Origin: a virus
Direction: 5' to 3' (one strand)
Virus genome (UHGV): UHGV-0139590
Length of the DNA: 33,699 nucleotides
Under the pieces are notes generated by a model. The model did not search any database, was not told the DNA's origin, and was given only the letters and a program-made list of their open reading frames with translations. This document shows, one piece after another, positions 8,004 to 16,925 of this stretch. Made by a program: the position numbers and the translations under genes. The first letter of the stretch is position 1. Each line of letters opens with the position of its first letter.

Positions 8004-10096
8004 GTGAGACAATTAGCGGGGTATCCATCCTGAGCGCGGAAACCAAGCGCGCGCTGGTGGCCGACGTTCAGTTTTTTGAAACCTATACGTCCGCCGCCTT
8101 TAACCGCAAGATGCGCGGCATTGTTAAACCTGGTTTTTACGCCGGATTTGATGCCGTGCTGGCTGGCGGGCTTAAAATCAACATCACGTCGGCAAACGAA
8201 TCAGGAAAGCGCGGCGTAGCCTCCGTGGACGTGGGCGAATATCAGATTTCCGTCCAGCAGGTTGAAGATGTCGGCTTTACACTGCCAGCGGGCGCAACCA
8301 CGCGCGTGGTGCTGGAAGCCAACTATCAGAATGGCGTGAAAACAAACCAGGTTGATTCGAACTCCGGCATTCAGGCGGCGCGACTCTTCCTGGCAGATGT
8401 AAGCGTGGCGCTGGCCGGTAATCAGCTGGAGCTATGCCGCTTTACCGTGCCTGCCGGTACGGTAAATTTAACCCAGGCTATGCTGAGCAAGCAAAATCGC
8501 CCGGATAAATCCATCGGCATTGAGCTGAGCAACGACGCTGAAGGCAGTACCACCGAGGGCGATGCTTACAAAGCCGCCACCATCGCAGCACTTAAACGCG
8601 CACTGGCTCTTTCGGTACAGGCGCGGGGTGAGTTGCCCGATACTGCCAATCTTAACAAATACGGCCCTACGCCAGATCGTGTCGGTCAGTGGAGCAAGTC
8701 AACGGCAACCGGCGCGACCATCGTCAATGGCTACCCGGAAAATGACGCTATCGGGGTTGTTGAGGTGTCTAAAGCCGGTGCCTCGAATGGGACCCAGCGA
8801 TTCACTCTGGTAAATGGCAATGTTTATACCCGCTCACTGACCGCCGCATGGAATGGCGTGGATGGGCCGTGGGGTGCTTGGAATGCGCCGTATGAAGAAG
8901 CCCCATTCCCTGATGTATGGATTCCATTAAATGACAGCCTGACTATGCTTGCCGGTTTCGGCCCATATGACCGCATTACTTTTGGAGATCAATATGCCGA
9001 GCTGCCAACCCGTAGTGTAAAACTGACCCGCGCAACGACGGCAACGTATATCGACAAATCCGGTGTGCTACAGGTTGCAGACATCAACGAGCCGCGTTTC
9101 GAGAAAGAGGGGTTGCTGATTGAAGGGCAGAGCACCAATTTGCTCAGATGGTCATCACCAGTACAGACTTCAGGCACATTTCGAAATAGTCCAAATGTAG
9201 GAATTTCTTTCTTACCCGCTGGCGGTGTTGAGTTAACAAAAGAGGCGAGCACTGGATTTTGGTTCGAACAAAACACAGGGGCTACAGACTATGATCCTGC
9301 TAATTCTGCGGCATTATCTGTCAACCTGAAATTTAAGGACGGTTTGGACGTAAGGCTGCAACTTCTTCGTTATTCAAGCGAAGGCGATGTCGGCGTTGCG
9401 TCTATCTCCGCAGTCAACGGTCGTAATACATTATCTATACCGGTGGTCGGCGGCACAGTTTTGCAGCGTTTAGGTCTGCGCATCACAGTGGGTGATACTG
9501 TTCCAATTGGGGAGGTGGTGATTGTTGATCGTATGCAAATTGAGCCTCAGGCGATCGCTACTTCGTACATCCCAACAAACGGATCACCAGTAACCCGCGC
9601 GGCTGACAATTGCACCCTACCACGCTCAGGAAATGACAACTATTACGGTGAGTTTTCCTATAGCGTTGAGGTGCATGCTAACGGTTTAACTCAAACAAGT
9701 TCAGACGCAAATGACCGTAGACATATTCTCTCTATATTCCCTTCATCTACTGAATGGGTCATGAGCTACATGGAGCCATCAGCAGGCTCAACGGGTAAAG
9801 TGCGCCAGACCTATGGCCCCGCGACTTATATCCAAAGCTCAAAAGCAATAGATGATGGGAAAACGCATCTTGTGGCGTTCACAACGAACTTGATTAAAAA
9901 TGCCCTTACAGTGGATGGCAGCGAGGTCGCTATTGGGACACAAGTCAGACCGGTTCCAGGCTCAGTTTCTGCTATTAACCAACTTATTGTTTTGGGTGCA
10001 ACTTCCTCACCCACGCGCATGTTAAACGGCCACCTTCGCAATCTTCGCATCTGGCACAAAACGTTAACTCCTAATCAAATCAAAGGGCTCCGCTAA
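8000..10096 (+). CDS. Tail fibre protein with C-terminal LamG-like (concanavalin-type lectin) domain (698 aa)
   Basis: C-terminus LNGHLRNLRIWHKTLTPNQIKGLR fits the Laminin_G_3 pattern common in phage fibres. The central block (PFPDVWIPLNDSL...TATYIDKSGVLQVADINEPRFEKEGLLIEGQSTNLL) is shared with the downstream paralogue. Confidence 0.75.
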   Translation: MSETISGVSILSAETKRALVADVQFFETYTSAAFNRKMRGIVKPGFYAGFDAVLAGGLKINITSANESGKRGVASVDVGEYQISVQQVEDVGFTLPAGATTRVVLEANYQNGVKTNQVDSNSGIQAARLFLADVSVALAGNQLELCRFTVPAGTVNLTQAMLSKQNRPDKSIGIELSNDAEGSTTEGDAYKAATIAALKRALALSVQARGELPDTANLNKYGPTPDRVGQWSKSTATGATIVNGYPENDAIGVVEVSKAGASNGTQRFTLVNGNVYTRSLTAAWNGVDGPWGAWNAPYEEAPFPDVWIPLNDSLTMLAGFGPYDRITFGDQYAELPTRSVKLTRATTATYIDKSGVLQVADINEPRFEKEGLLIEGQSTNLLRWSSPVQTSGTFRNSPNVGISFLPAGGVELTKEASTGFWFEQNTGATDYDPANSAALSVNLKFKDGLDVRLQLLRYSSEGDVGVASISAVNGRNTLSIPVVGGTVLQRLGLRITVGDTVPIGEVVIVDRMQIEPQAIATSYIPTNGSPVTRAADNCTLPRSGNDNYYGEFSYSVEVHANGLTQTSSDANDRRHILSIFPSSTEWVMSYMEPSAGSTGKVRQTYGPATYIQSSKAIDDGKTHLVAFTTNLIKNALTVDGSEVAIGTQVRPVPGSVSAINQLIVLGATSSPTRMLNGHLRNLRIWHKTLTPNQIKGLR

Positions 10097-10380
10097 TGAG
10101 AGATCTGTATTTGCGTTTTGCTGATGCCGAAGAAATGCACCAGCAATTGACCGATTTTGGCTTCCAGGCGGATGAAGATCAGGGCGTTATTTATCACCCT
10201 GAGATCTGCCTTGATGTCGTTGGCGTTATCAGCACGGTGACAGGTGAAGACGAAGCGGCTGTATATGCCACCGAACCCGGTTTTCACGTAAACATTCGTG
10301 TGATTAATGATCAGTTGGATTTGTCGGGCTTAAGTGAATTCGCCGTTTACCCGAAGACCCCAGCTCGCGTGTGGGCGTAA
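10096..10380 (+). CDS. Small fibre-associated protein (94 aa), paralogue of 11703..11990
   Basis: ATG overlaps the fibre stop (TAATG). MRDLYLRFADAEEM...YHPEICLDVVGV...PARVWA closely parallels the second copy. Confidence 0.6.
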   Translation: MRDLYLRFADAEEMHQQLTDFGFQADEDQGVIYHPEICLDVVGVISTVTGEDEAAVYATEPGFHVNIRVINDQLDLSGLSEFAVYPKTPARVWA

Positions 10381-10389
10381 GGAAATATC

Positions 10390-11703
10390 ATGGCATTAAG
10401 AAAAGACTTTATTGAAATGAAAGAAGATGCTCCGTTCCCAGATGTCTGGGTGCCGCTGAGCGACAGTCTACGCTTGCTGGCGGGGTTGGCTCCCTTCGAT
10501 AAACAGATGGCCCACGACCCAGCATTGGAATTGACTTCAAAATCGGTGACGCTTACCCGCGCTTCTACGGCAACTTATATTGATAAAGCTGGTGTACTGA
10601 AAACAGCGGCGATAAACGAGCCTCGCTTTGAAAAAGAGGGTTTATTGATTGAGGGGCAGAGCACTAACCTCTTAATCAATAGCGAAGATCCAACAAAGTG
10701 GGGGACGTTTACTCTTTTAGACATTTCAACCCTTAGGGATGGCACGACACAGGCAGCGACGGTTAAAGGCACGGTAAATGCGACCAATGACACCAATAAT
10801 ATTTGGTTATGTGGTAGCCCCAGCCTTCCTGCCGTGGTGGGTGATGTATGGACCTTATCCGCACGTTTCAAGGCCTCCTCACATAGAGTTCGCCTCCGGT
10901 TTACCATCGACGGCGTGCAATTAGGTGACGTATTTTTCGACGGTGTTACAGGTGAGCAAGTCAGGGGTTTGTCCGGCGGCGTTACATACACTACAAAGCG
11001 GGGAAGCGACGGGTATATTTACGTTAGCGCCACAATCACAACGTCAATAGCGGGGTTGTTAGTCGGACAATTTTGGTTTAATGATGACGCACCAATTCCC
11101 GCTGGTTCGTTTGTCTGCCTGCAAACCATCCAGTTGGAAAAAAACGCAGTAGCAACCAGTTATATTCCAACGGGATCAGCCGCTGTTACGCGAGCTACTG
11201 ATGTCTGCACGCTTCAACGTTACGGTAACGACAACTACTTCGGACCCGTCACTTTTTCCGCAGAGATTCACCTTAACGGGAAAACTAACGCAGACGGTGC
11301 AATGACTTCTCGTCGAGGGATCATATCGGCTAAACCGTCATCAACAGAGTCTTACACGCTGATGTTGGCTACATCCGGCGCAAATGCAGGGAAACCGTGC
11401 TTTGGATACGGCAATAGTGATTTCGTCTACGGCTCTACGGGTCTTGATGATGGGAAAGGTCATGTTGTAGTCGCCAGATTTGACGGCTCTGACAAGTATC
11501 TGTGTTCAGATGGGGTAATGTCAGTAGGTCGCGCAGCAACTAAACCGGCATCAGGAAATGTGGATGCCACGAACCAAAATATCCAGATCGGTTACGGTGC
11601 TGCTTATGTTACGCCGGGGCACTCAGTGCTAAACGGCCACATTAGAAACATTCGTATCTGGCATCGCGCGCTTAATGATCGCCAAGTTAAAGGAATTCGC
11701 TGA
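10390..11703 (+). CDS. Second tail-fibre cassette with LamG-like C-terminus (437 aa), lacks the N-terminal ~290 aa of the first fibre
   Basis: ATG 10390 with AAGGAAAT upstream. Begins at the conserved block shared with the 698-aa fibre. C-terminus LNGHIRNIRIWHRALNDRQVKGIR. Confidence 0.7.
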   Translation: MALRKDFIEMKEDAPFPDVWVPLSDSLRLLAGLAPFDKQMAHDPALELTSKSVTLTRASTATYIDKAGVLKTAAINEPRFEKEGLLIEGQSTNLLINSEDPTKWGTFTLLDISTLRDGTTQAATVKGTVNATNDTNNIWLCGSPSLPAVVGDVWTLSARFKASSHRVRLRFTIDGVQLGDVFFDGVTGEQVRGLSGGVTYTTKRGSDGYIYVSATITTSIAGLLVGQFWFNDDAPIPAGSFVCLQTIQLEKNAVATSYIPTGSAAVTRATDVCTLQRYGNDNYFGPVTFSAEIHLNGKTNADGAMTSRRGIISAKPSSTESYTLMLATSGANAGKPCFGYGNSDFVYGSTGLDDGKGHVVVARFDGSDKYLCSDGVMSVGRAATKPASGNVDATNQNIQIGYGAAYVTPGHSVLNGHIRNIRIWHRALNDRQVKGIR

Positions 11704-11990
11704 TGAGAGATTTATATTTACGCTTCGCAGATGCGGACGAAATGCAGATGGTATTACTGGCCTTGGGTTTTCAGAAAGAAGAAGAGCAAGCCGGTCTTTA
11801 TCACCCTGATATCTGCCTCGATGTGGTGGGCGTTATGACCGAGCCTCAAAACCCGGAAGAAGAGAACCCTGATCTGATTGAGTTACCTGGCTATCATGCT
11901 AATGTGCGTGTCATTGACGATCAGCTGGATATTTCAGCGCTGGATGACTTCACCATCCACCCGGAAACACCGTCGCGCGTCTGGGCGTGA
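11703..11990 (+). CDS. Small fibre-associated protein (95 aa), paralogue of 10096..10380
   Basis: ATG overlaps the upstream stop (TGATG). Same sequence pattern as the first copy. Confidence 0.6.
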   Translation: MRDLYLRFADADEMQMVLLALGFQKEEEQAGLYHPDICLDVVGVMTEPQNPEEENPDLIELPGYHANVRVIDDQLDISALDDFTIHPETPSRVWA

Positions 11991-12015
11991 TGCACAGTTC
12001 TCCCCACATTAACAA

Positions 12016-12037
12016 AGCGCCTCCGGGCGCTTTTTTT
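12016..12037 (+). terminator. Rho-independent terminator (AGCGCC-TCCG-GGCGCT + T7)
   Basis: Perfect 6-bp stem, 4-nt loop, 7 T. An identical copy lies at 12414-12435. Confidence 0.65.
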
Positions 12038-12044
12038 GTACCCA

Positions 12045-12064
12045 CAAAACACAGACGCAATACC
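12045..12064 (+). promoter_or_regulatory. Conserved promoter-like box, copy 2 (CAAAACACAGACGCAATACC)
   Basis: Directly follows the terminator; about 25-40 nt upstream of the small membrane-protein gene. Confidence 0.4.
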
Positions 12065-12087
12065 TTCGGAGCGGGAAATTAAACACA

Positions 12088-12390
12088 ATGATGGGAGTAG
12101 CCATGAAGGATTTAACGCCGATTTATCACGCGATAGTCGCGGTTTTTGTGCAGTGCCTGATCGGTTTTATAACCGGCGCGTGGGGATTTGGTGGGGCGAT
12201 AGGCTGCGTGTGGTTTATTGCCCGCGAACATACCCAGGCGGAGTATCGCTGGATAGCTCGCTTCGGGAACGGTAAGCGCGCCAACATGCCGTGGTGGGGT
12301 GGTTTTGATTACAGGGTATGGAATATCGCCAGTGCCTTTGATTTTCAGGTGCCGGTGCTGGCCTGCATTATCGTTTACACCCTCACCTGA
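12088..12390 (+). CDS. Small membrane protein, possible holin/antiholin (95-100 aa)
   Basis: Three in-frame ATGs (12088, 12091, 12103). GGGAG sits 5 nt before ATG 12103 (MKDLTPIY...). Hydrophobic segments IVAVFVQCLIGFITGAWGFGGAIG and VLACIIVYTL. Bracketed by identical terminators. Confidence 0.5.
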   Translation: MMGVAMKDLTPIYHAIVAVFVQCLIGFITGAWGFGGAIGCVWFIAREHTQAEYRWIARFGNGKRANMPWWGGFDYRVWNIASAFDFQVPVLACIIVYTLT

Positions 12391-12413
12391 TCCCTTTATT
12401 CATATTTTATGTA

Positions 12414-12435
12414 AGCGCCTCCGGGCGCTTTTTTT
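12414..12435 (+). terminator. Rho-independent terminator, identical to 12016-12037
   Basis: AGCGCCTCCGGGCGCT + T7. Confidence 0.65.
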
Positions 12436-12442
12436 ATGCCCT

Positions 12443-12462
12443 CAAAACACAGACTCCATACC
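12443..12462 (+). promoter_or_regulatory. Conserved promoter-like box, copy 3 (CAAAACACAGACTCCATACC)
   Basis: About 38 nt upstream of the GTG start of the holin-like gene. Confidence 0.4.
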
Positions 12463-12499
12463 ATCCAGGCTCGAAGGGAAATTGAGAAAAGGTGGGAAT

Positions 12500-12814
12500 G
12501 TGTTCGAGTTGGAAACAAGTTTGATCCATGTCCTCGCCCTATCCCTTCTCAGTGGCTCCGGCGTGTTCCTGCATGGGGTGCGTGACGGAAGGATTAAGGG
12601 AAATTTCCTGAATTTTATCACTGAGTGGGTCCTGGCAGTGCTGGCTGGGCTGACAGCGTATTACGTCGCCCAGCATAAAGAATGGGAGCAAAGCCTGATG
12701 TATCTGGCGGTGCTGGTGGCGAGTAATAACGGGCGAGAAGTAACAAGTGCGCTTAAGGACCGATTTATTGCTGCAATGCAGTTTATGTTCGGTCCGAAAG
12801 GAGGTGAAAAATGA
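12500..12814 (+). CDS. Holin, lambda S-like class I (104 aa)
   Basis: GTG 12500 with AAGGTG 6 nt upstream. The longer ORF-track version (12299) runs across the terminator and promoter box, so is not used. Three hydrophobic segments and a KDRF...AAMQ C-terminus parallel lambda S. Confidence 0.55.
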   Translation: MFELETSLIHVLALSLLSGSGVFLHGVRDGRIKGNFLNFITEWVLAVLAGLTAYYVAQHKEWEQSLMYLAVLVASNNGREVTSALKDRFIAAMQFMFGPKGGEK

Positions 12815-13266
12815 TGAGTAATTTGCAGGAGTATTGCTTTTACGGAATGGCCGCGCTGGCCGTCTTTGATCGCTTCATCCTGAAACGTAAAAAAATCAGA
12901 CTGGTGGAGTGTGGTGATGCCGTGGTGCGGGGGCAGGCGCTGGCATTCCCGCTGCGGTTTAACGTCTCTTGCTCCCGCCTGACTGGCGCAATGGTCGAGT
13001 ACAGCCTGCGTGACTCCAAAAACCCGACGGCGGTTATCACCGGTAAGACGCGGACGCTGGATTTATCAGTAAAAGGGATGAACGAAGAGTATTTGCTGAT
13101 TGACCAACGCTACCTGGAGGCCGGGACGTGGTTTCTATCGGTCCGTGTCACTCATGGCAACAGCCGCATGAATCCGTTATACCGAATTTTCCCGGTTCAG
13201 GAATCAATTACGCACAATTACAGCGTCACAAAAGATGAGCAGGGGGTTTTCAGTGTCAGCAACTAA
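12811..13266 (+). CDS. Hypothetical protein (151 aa) with N-terminal hydrophobic segment
   Basis: ATG 12811 with strong SD AGGAGGTG; overlaps the holin stop. Confidence 0.55.
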   Translation: MMSNLQEYCFYGMAALAVFDRFILKRKKIRLVECGDAVVRGQALAFPLRFNVSCSRLTGAMVEYSLRDSKNPTAVITGKTRTLDLSVKGMNEEYLLIDQRYLEAGTWFLSVRVTHGNSRMNPLYRIFPVQESITHNYSVTKDEQGVFSVSN

Positions 13267-13879
13267 CGGCTATGTAACCCTTAACTTTGACGAACTCAAT
13301 GTTAAAGGACTGGAAAAGCTTAAAAAAGCAGTCAGTAAGGCCGGTTATGAAGTCGTGAAGGTCACACCAGCAGGCCAGGCACGGCGCAAAGACGGTATTC
13401 CAACAAAAACCTTTGAGCTGAAAGGTATCGACGAGCAGGTAATGGTTGTTCAGGTCAATAACACTGGCGACATTTCCGGCATAAAGCTCAACGGCAAAAA
13501 CTCACCGTACACGCCTGTTAAGACTATGGCCGAGCTGGGAAAAGCACTGGCCGATTTGTTTAAGAAAGGCTCGACGGCGTTCCAAAAGGCCCTGGCGCGA
13601 AAGCTGGCCCGCGCGGCTAAAAAGGACCTCGATAAGGACAAGCCAAACACCAGCAAGGGTGTGAAATCCGGCGTCCAGATGCTCAGTGATGCCCGCGCTC
13701 GCCGTGATGCGCAGAAAGAGGCGATTGAGGCCGTTAATGAAAAACTCACCGCCCTGAAAACAGAGCAGGATATGACGCAGAAGGAGCACGGCAACCTGCA
13801 AAACGAGCTAAATCTGGAAGTGGCGAAAACAACTCAACTCCAGGACCTTATTGCTAAAGCGAAAGGCGGCAACGAATGA
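13235..13879 (+). CDS. Hypothetical coiled-coil protein (214 aa; start may be GTG 13253)
   Basis: Overlaps the upstream gene by 32 nt at ATG 13235. Alternative GTG 13253 has AGGGGG 7 nt upstream. Stop overlaps the next start (ATGA). Size is similar to P1 Hdf as recalled from memory (not verified). Confidence 0.5.
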   Translation: MSRGFSVSATNGYVTLNFDELNVKGLEKLKKAVSKAGYEVVKVTPAGQARRKDGIPTKTFELKGIDEQVMVVQVNNTGDISGIKLNGKNSPYTPVKTMAELGKALADLFKKGSTAFQKALARKLARAAKKDLDKDKPNTSKGVKSGVQMLSDARARRDAQKEAIEAVNEKLTALKTEQDMTQKEHGNLQNELNLEVAKTTQLQDLIAKAKGGNE

Positions 13880-16560
13880 TTGATTTAACGAAAGAGATTG
13901 AGTTAACTGACAAGCCAAACTTTGTGGCTCCGCCTCTTACTGATTCGGTTTACGCGGAGTTAATGACGGGCAGCAGCGCCGATATGATGCTGGAAAGTGT
14001 CACTATTGACGATGTGGATCATGCCTACCTGGGCGATGAAATGCTTTACGTCAGTATCGCCACTGGCAAAGCCATGTTCGAGGCCGTCACCAGTGAGCGC
14101 CTGCGCTTGTCACAGACTATGCGCGCGTTCGCGCGCTCGCTAAACCGTGGCCTGAACGGCACCGGCATCAAAGCGGGAACCGATGACGCCGGTATTGATG
14201 AAGAGGGGCGCAAAACCATTGGCGGCGCGATCATTGGCAAGGTTCGTCGGGTGAACAACATCCCGATCATGACCGCGCTAATTCCGCTCTCTGACGGGCA
14301 GTCTATCTCACTGATTTTCCATTCCCCGACAGCGGATAACGGACGCATCAAAAATAGCGATCTGCTGGTGGCGTTTCGCTTCCTGCTGAATAAGCGCGAC
14401 GTGACGCATATCGTTGCCCCGATTGGTGGTCGTGACGTGTCGTTGCAGCAAGTAAGCCAAGCGCTGGCGAACCTTGCCGAGCGTAACAGCGCGAAATTCA
14501 CCAAACAGCAATCCGCACAGGTGAAGCTGCGCGCTGATATTGAGGGGTTGAACGCGGAAGCGGACCAACTGAGCGAGCAGCAGTCCTCCCTCCTGGAACA
14601 GGTCGAGACACACCAGCAATCCCTGATGAATAGCCAGAGTGACGCGCAACAGCTGCGAGGCAAACTCGCCACACAGCGACAGATTAACGCCGAACTGGAA
14701 GCGCAGCTGGCCGCACTGAAAACGAACGCCGGCAGTGATGTAATTACGCTTCCGGGAGAGACTGGCCGCACCTTCTCTGACACTACGCGTAAGGTGAAAG
14801 AAGGGCTTTCCATGAGCGGCACCACCACGCTCAGCAATGGTGCGGAAGTGGCCTACAAAACAGCTGACGACAACGGCGATCTGGTGGGCTGGGTACAGAT
14901 TACCGATCCTTCCGGGCAGGTTTACAAAATGCCGTCATCGTCACCCCAGGGCGCAAAGATGGGCGAAACGGCAACCAAACTGCTGAAAGCCTACCGCGAG
15001 AACAAAGCGGATAAGTTTGCCGTGGCAGCACCGGTAGAACCGACCCCGGGAAGCGATGACACACAGCAGGGAGCAGGCGCTGATTTGCAGCAGTTGGTGG
15101 CCGTCATCGGTAATGGTCTGACAGACGCGGCAGCGGCTGACTGGGCGGCGAATAAAAAAGCCACGCCTGATTTTATTCGCTTCCTGATCCGCCAGTACGG
15201 CACCGCTGATGATAAAGCCAAACAGCGATTCGTTGAAGGGATCGAGAAGAGCTGGAAAATCAAGTTGCCGGGTACGGGCAGCGACAATCGGCTGGTGGCG
15301 AAACTGGCGCGCGATTACGTTGATAGCATGAAGCGGCCAACCGGCACTGATTTCCTCAACACCTATTTCATGGGCGAAGCGCCGAAAGCCAGCCAGAACC
15401 CGGTTTACGTTCCGCACGTTGAAGGCGGTGATTTCTTTGCAGCACCAATAAATACGGCCATAGATCGCTACCGCGAAGCGCTGCCAAACCCGAAATTGAA
15501 CAGTACCCTGAAAGAGCAGGCTAATTTCCTGATCCGTCTGGTCAAGGCCGAGAAAGATTTCGAAGGCCTGGCAGAGAGCGTGGAAGATGGTTTTGCACGT
15601 CTTGCTGACGGCTCAATATTGACGCTTGAAGACGGCAAGCTGTTATTGTCCACAACCGATGACGAAACGCACAATGCGAAATACTCCGTTGACGTTGGCG
15701 ATCGCGCCCTGGAGGAAGCCATTGAAGATCTGGTGAGTTCGTATCGTCTGGGTAACGTGGAATACATGACGCCGGAAAGCCGCGAGAAAAACAATCCTGA
15801 GCCGCCAAAACCCGTTAGCCAGCCATCACCCGGCAATTACCGCTATGCGCTGGTTAACCGCCCGGCAGGCCCGGCGACTATCCCGGAAGGCAATACGGCC
15901 ATCCTGCCGCCTATATCGCAAAACGAGCCGTATGGCCGCATCGCACGCCACGGTTTCGTAACGTATGACGCGCCGCTGTCAGACGCTGATATGGCCGCGT
16001 TTGAGCTGAAACTTATCCCTACGCATGCTGATCTTGATGCGCTGGCAACGACGATCGCTCAGGGCCGCATGAACAGTTACGCCGCTGAGTATCTGGAAAT
16101 GGCGACGGATGATGCCGATACGTTCCGCTCGCAGGTCAGTATCTTTGCCCGTAAAGACGCGCCTAACGTGGCATTCCCGCAGGGCGATGATCTGGCGTAC
16201 TTCCTCCAGGCGATGAAGGTTGCGCTGGCCGAGGCGGCGAAAACCCCGCCAGCAAAAGATACAGGCCCTGCCGAAGGAGAAGAAATTGTGAAAAAAGAGG
16301 CTTCCGAAGCCGCAGGAAGCGAAGAGCCATCCGAGGCCGATAAGGCAGCGAATGATGCGCTGGCATACCTGCAAAGCATCCTGTCATTGCAGTCAAAAGA
16401 TATGGGCGTTATCCGTGAAGCACGAACCAAAGTCCGTGGCGCGATTGGTACGCTCCAGGCAGCTGGCCGTGACGTGGATAATGAACCTCTGGTAAACGAT
16501 GCTGCGCAGCACCTTTCCGATCTGCTGGTGGCAATTCAGCGTGAAGGAGCAACCGCATGA
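13876..16560 (+). CDS. Large putative virion-internal protein (894 aa), DarA-like by position
   Basis: Long ORF with good codon structure and a central coiled-coil (EQQSSLLEQVETHQQSLMNSQSDAQQLRGKLATQRQINAELEAQLAALK). Function inferred only by analogy to the P1 darA operon, which follows lydA-lydB. Confidence 0.65.
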   Translation: MIDLTKEIELTDKPNFVAPPLTDSVYAELMTGSSADMMLESVTIDDVDHAYLGDEMLYVSIATGKAMFEAVTSERLRLSQTMRAFARSLNRGLNGTGIKAGTDDAGIDEEGRKTIGGAIIGKVRRVNNIPIMTALIPLSDGQSISLIFHSPTADNGRIKNSDLLVAFRFLLNKRDVTHIVAPIGGRDVSLQQVSQALANLAERNSAKFTKQQSAQVKLRADIEGLNAEADQLSEQQSSLLEQVETHQQSLMNSQSDAQQLRGKLATQRQINAELEAQLAALKTNAGSDVITLPGETGRTFSDTTRKVKEGLSMSGTTTLSNGAEVAYKTADDNGDLVGWVQITDPSGQVYKMPSSSPQGAKMGETATKLLKAYRENKADKFAVAAPVEPTPGSDDTQQGAGADLQQLVAVIGNGLTDAAAADWAANKKATPDFIRFLIRQYGTADDKAKQRFVEGIEKSWKIKLPGTGSDNRLVAKLARDYVDSMKRPTGTDFLNTYFMGEAPKASQNPVYVPHVEGGDFFAAPINTAIDRYREALPNPKLNSTLKEQANFLIRLVKAEKDFEGLAESVEDGFARLADGSILTLEDGKLLLSTTDDETHNAKYSVDVGDRALEEAIEDLVSSYRLGNVEYMTPESREKNNPEPPKPVSQPSPGNYRYALVNRPAGPATIPEGNTAILPPISQNEPYGRIARHGFVTYDAPLSDADMAAFELKLIPTHADLDALATTIAQGRMNSYAAEYLEMATDDADTFRSQVSIFARKDAPNVAFPQGDDLAYFLQAMKVALAEAAKTPPAKDTGPAEGEEIVKKEASEAAGSEEPSEADKAANDALAYLQSILSLQSKDMGVIREARTKVRGAIGTLQAAGRDVDNEPLVNDAAQHLSDLLVAIQREGATA

Positions 16561-16895
16561 CGTTAACCGCACTGGAACGGCTGGACCTGAATGACCAGCT
16601 CGATGAGCTGATGATTCAGGCCCAAACGGCCAAGGGGCTGGACCTTCTCGATCTGAATGACCAGATTGAAGAGGTTATGTTAAAGCTGGGGTTCGGCAGC
16701 ACCCGCGCCGCGCCTACGGATACGATCCCGTCCGTTGTCACGGAGTTTTTGGCCGGGAAGTTCGTCAACCAGCCGCAGATGGATTTTGTGGATACTTTGC
16801 GCGAGGTAGGCGCGTATCTGGACCAGTTCTTGTCGCTGGACGATATGCGGCAGCAGGTGCGAACCTGGATCGCCAAAAACAATTACGCCATGTGA
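16557..16895 (+). CDS. Small acidic protein (112 aa)
   Basis: ATG 16557 with GAAGGAG upstream; overlaps the upstream stop. Followed by a strong terminator. Confidence 0.6.
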   Translation: MTLTALERLDLNDQLDELMIQAQTAKGLDLLDLNDQIEEVMLKLGFGSTRAAPTDTIPSVVTEFLAGKFVNQPQMDFVDTLREVGAYLDQFLSLDDMRQQVRTWIAKNNYAM

Positions 16896-16901
16896 AACAA
16901 G

Positions 16902-16924
16902 GCCCCGGAAACGGGGCTTTTTTT
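16902..16924 (+). terminator. Rho-independent terminator (GCCCCG-GAAA-CGGGGC + T7)
   Basis: Seven nt after the stop of the 112-aa gene; perfect stem and T-run. Confidence 0.7.
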
Positions 16925-16925
16925 G

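Noticed and set aside
8000-11990. Invertible tail-fibre segment (cin/gin-type host-range switch)
   Set aside because: Both fibre cassettes and both small genes are on the same strand. No inverted crossover repeats and no serine recombinase gene are present in the window.
12299-12499. N-terminal extension of the holin ORF as given in the ORF track
   Set aside because: The extension spans the upstream terminator and the conserved promoter-like box. An in-frame GTG at 12500 with AAGGTG upstream gives a holin-sized protein.
13235-13266. Programmed ribosomal frameshift joining the 151-aa and 214-aa genes
   Set aside because: The overlap is +1 relative to the upstream frame, and the GGGGGTTTT tract is not a -1 slippery heptamer in the upstream reading frame. 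A simple overlap or a GTG 13253 start explains it.
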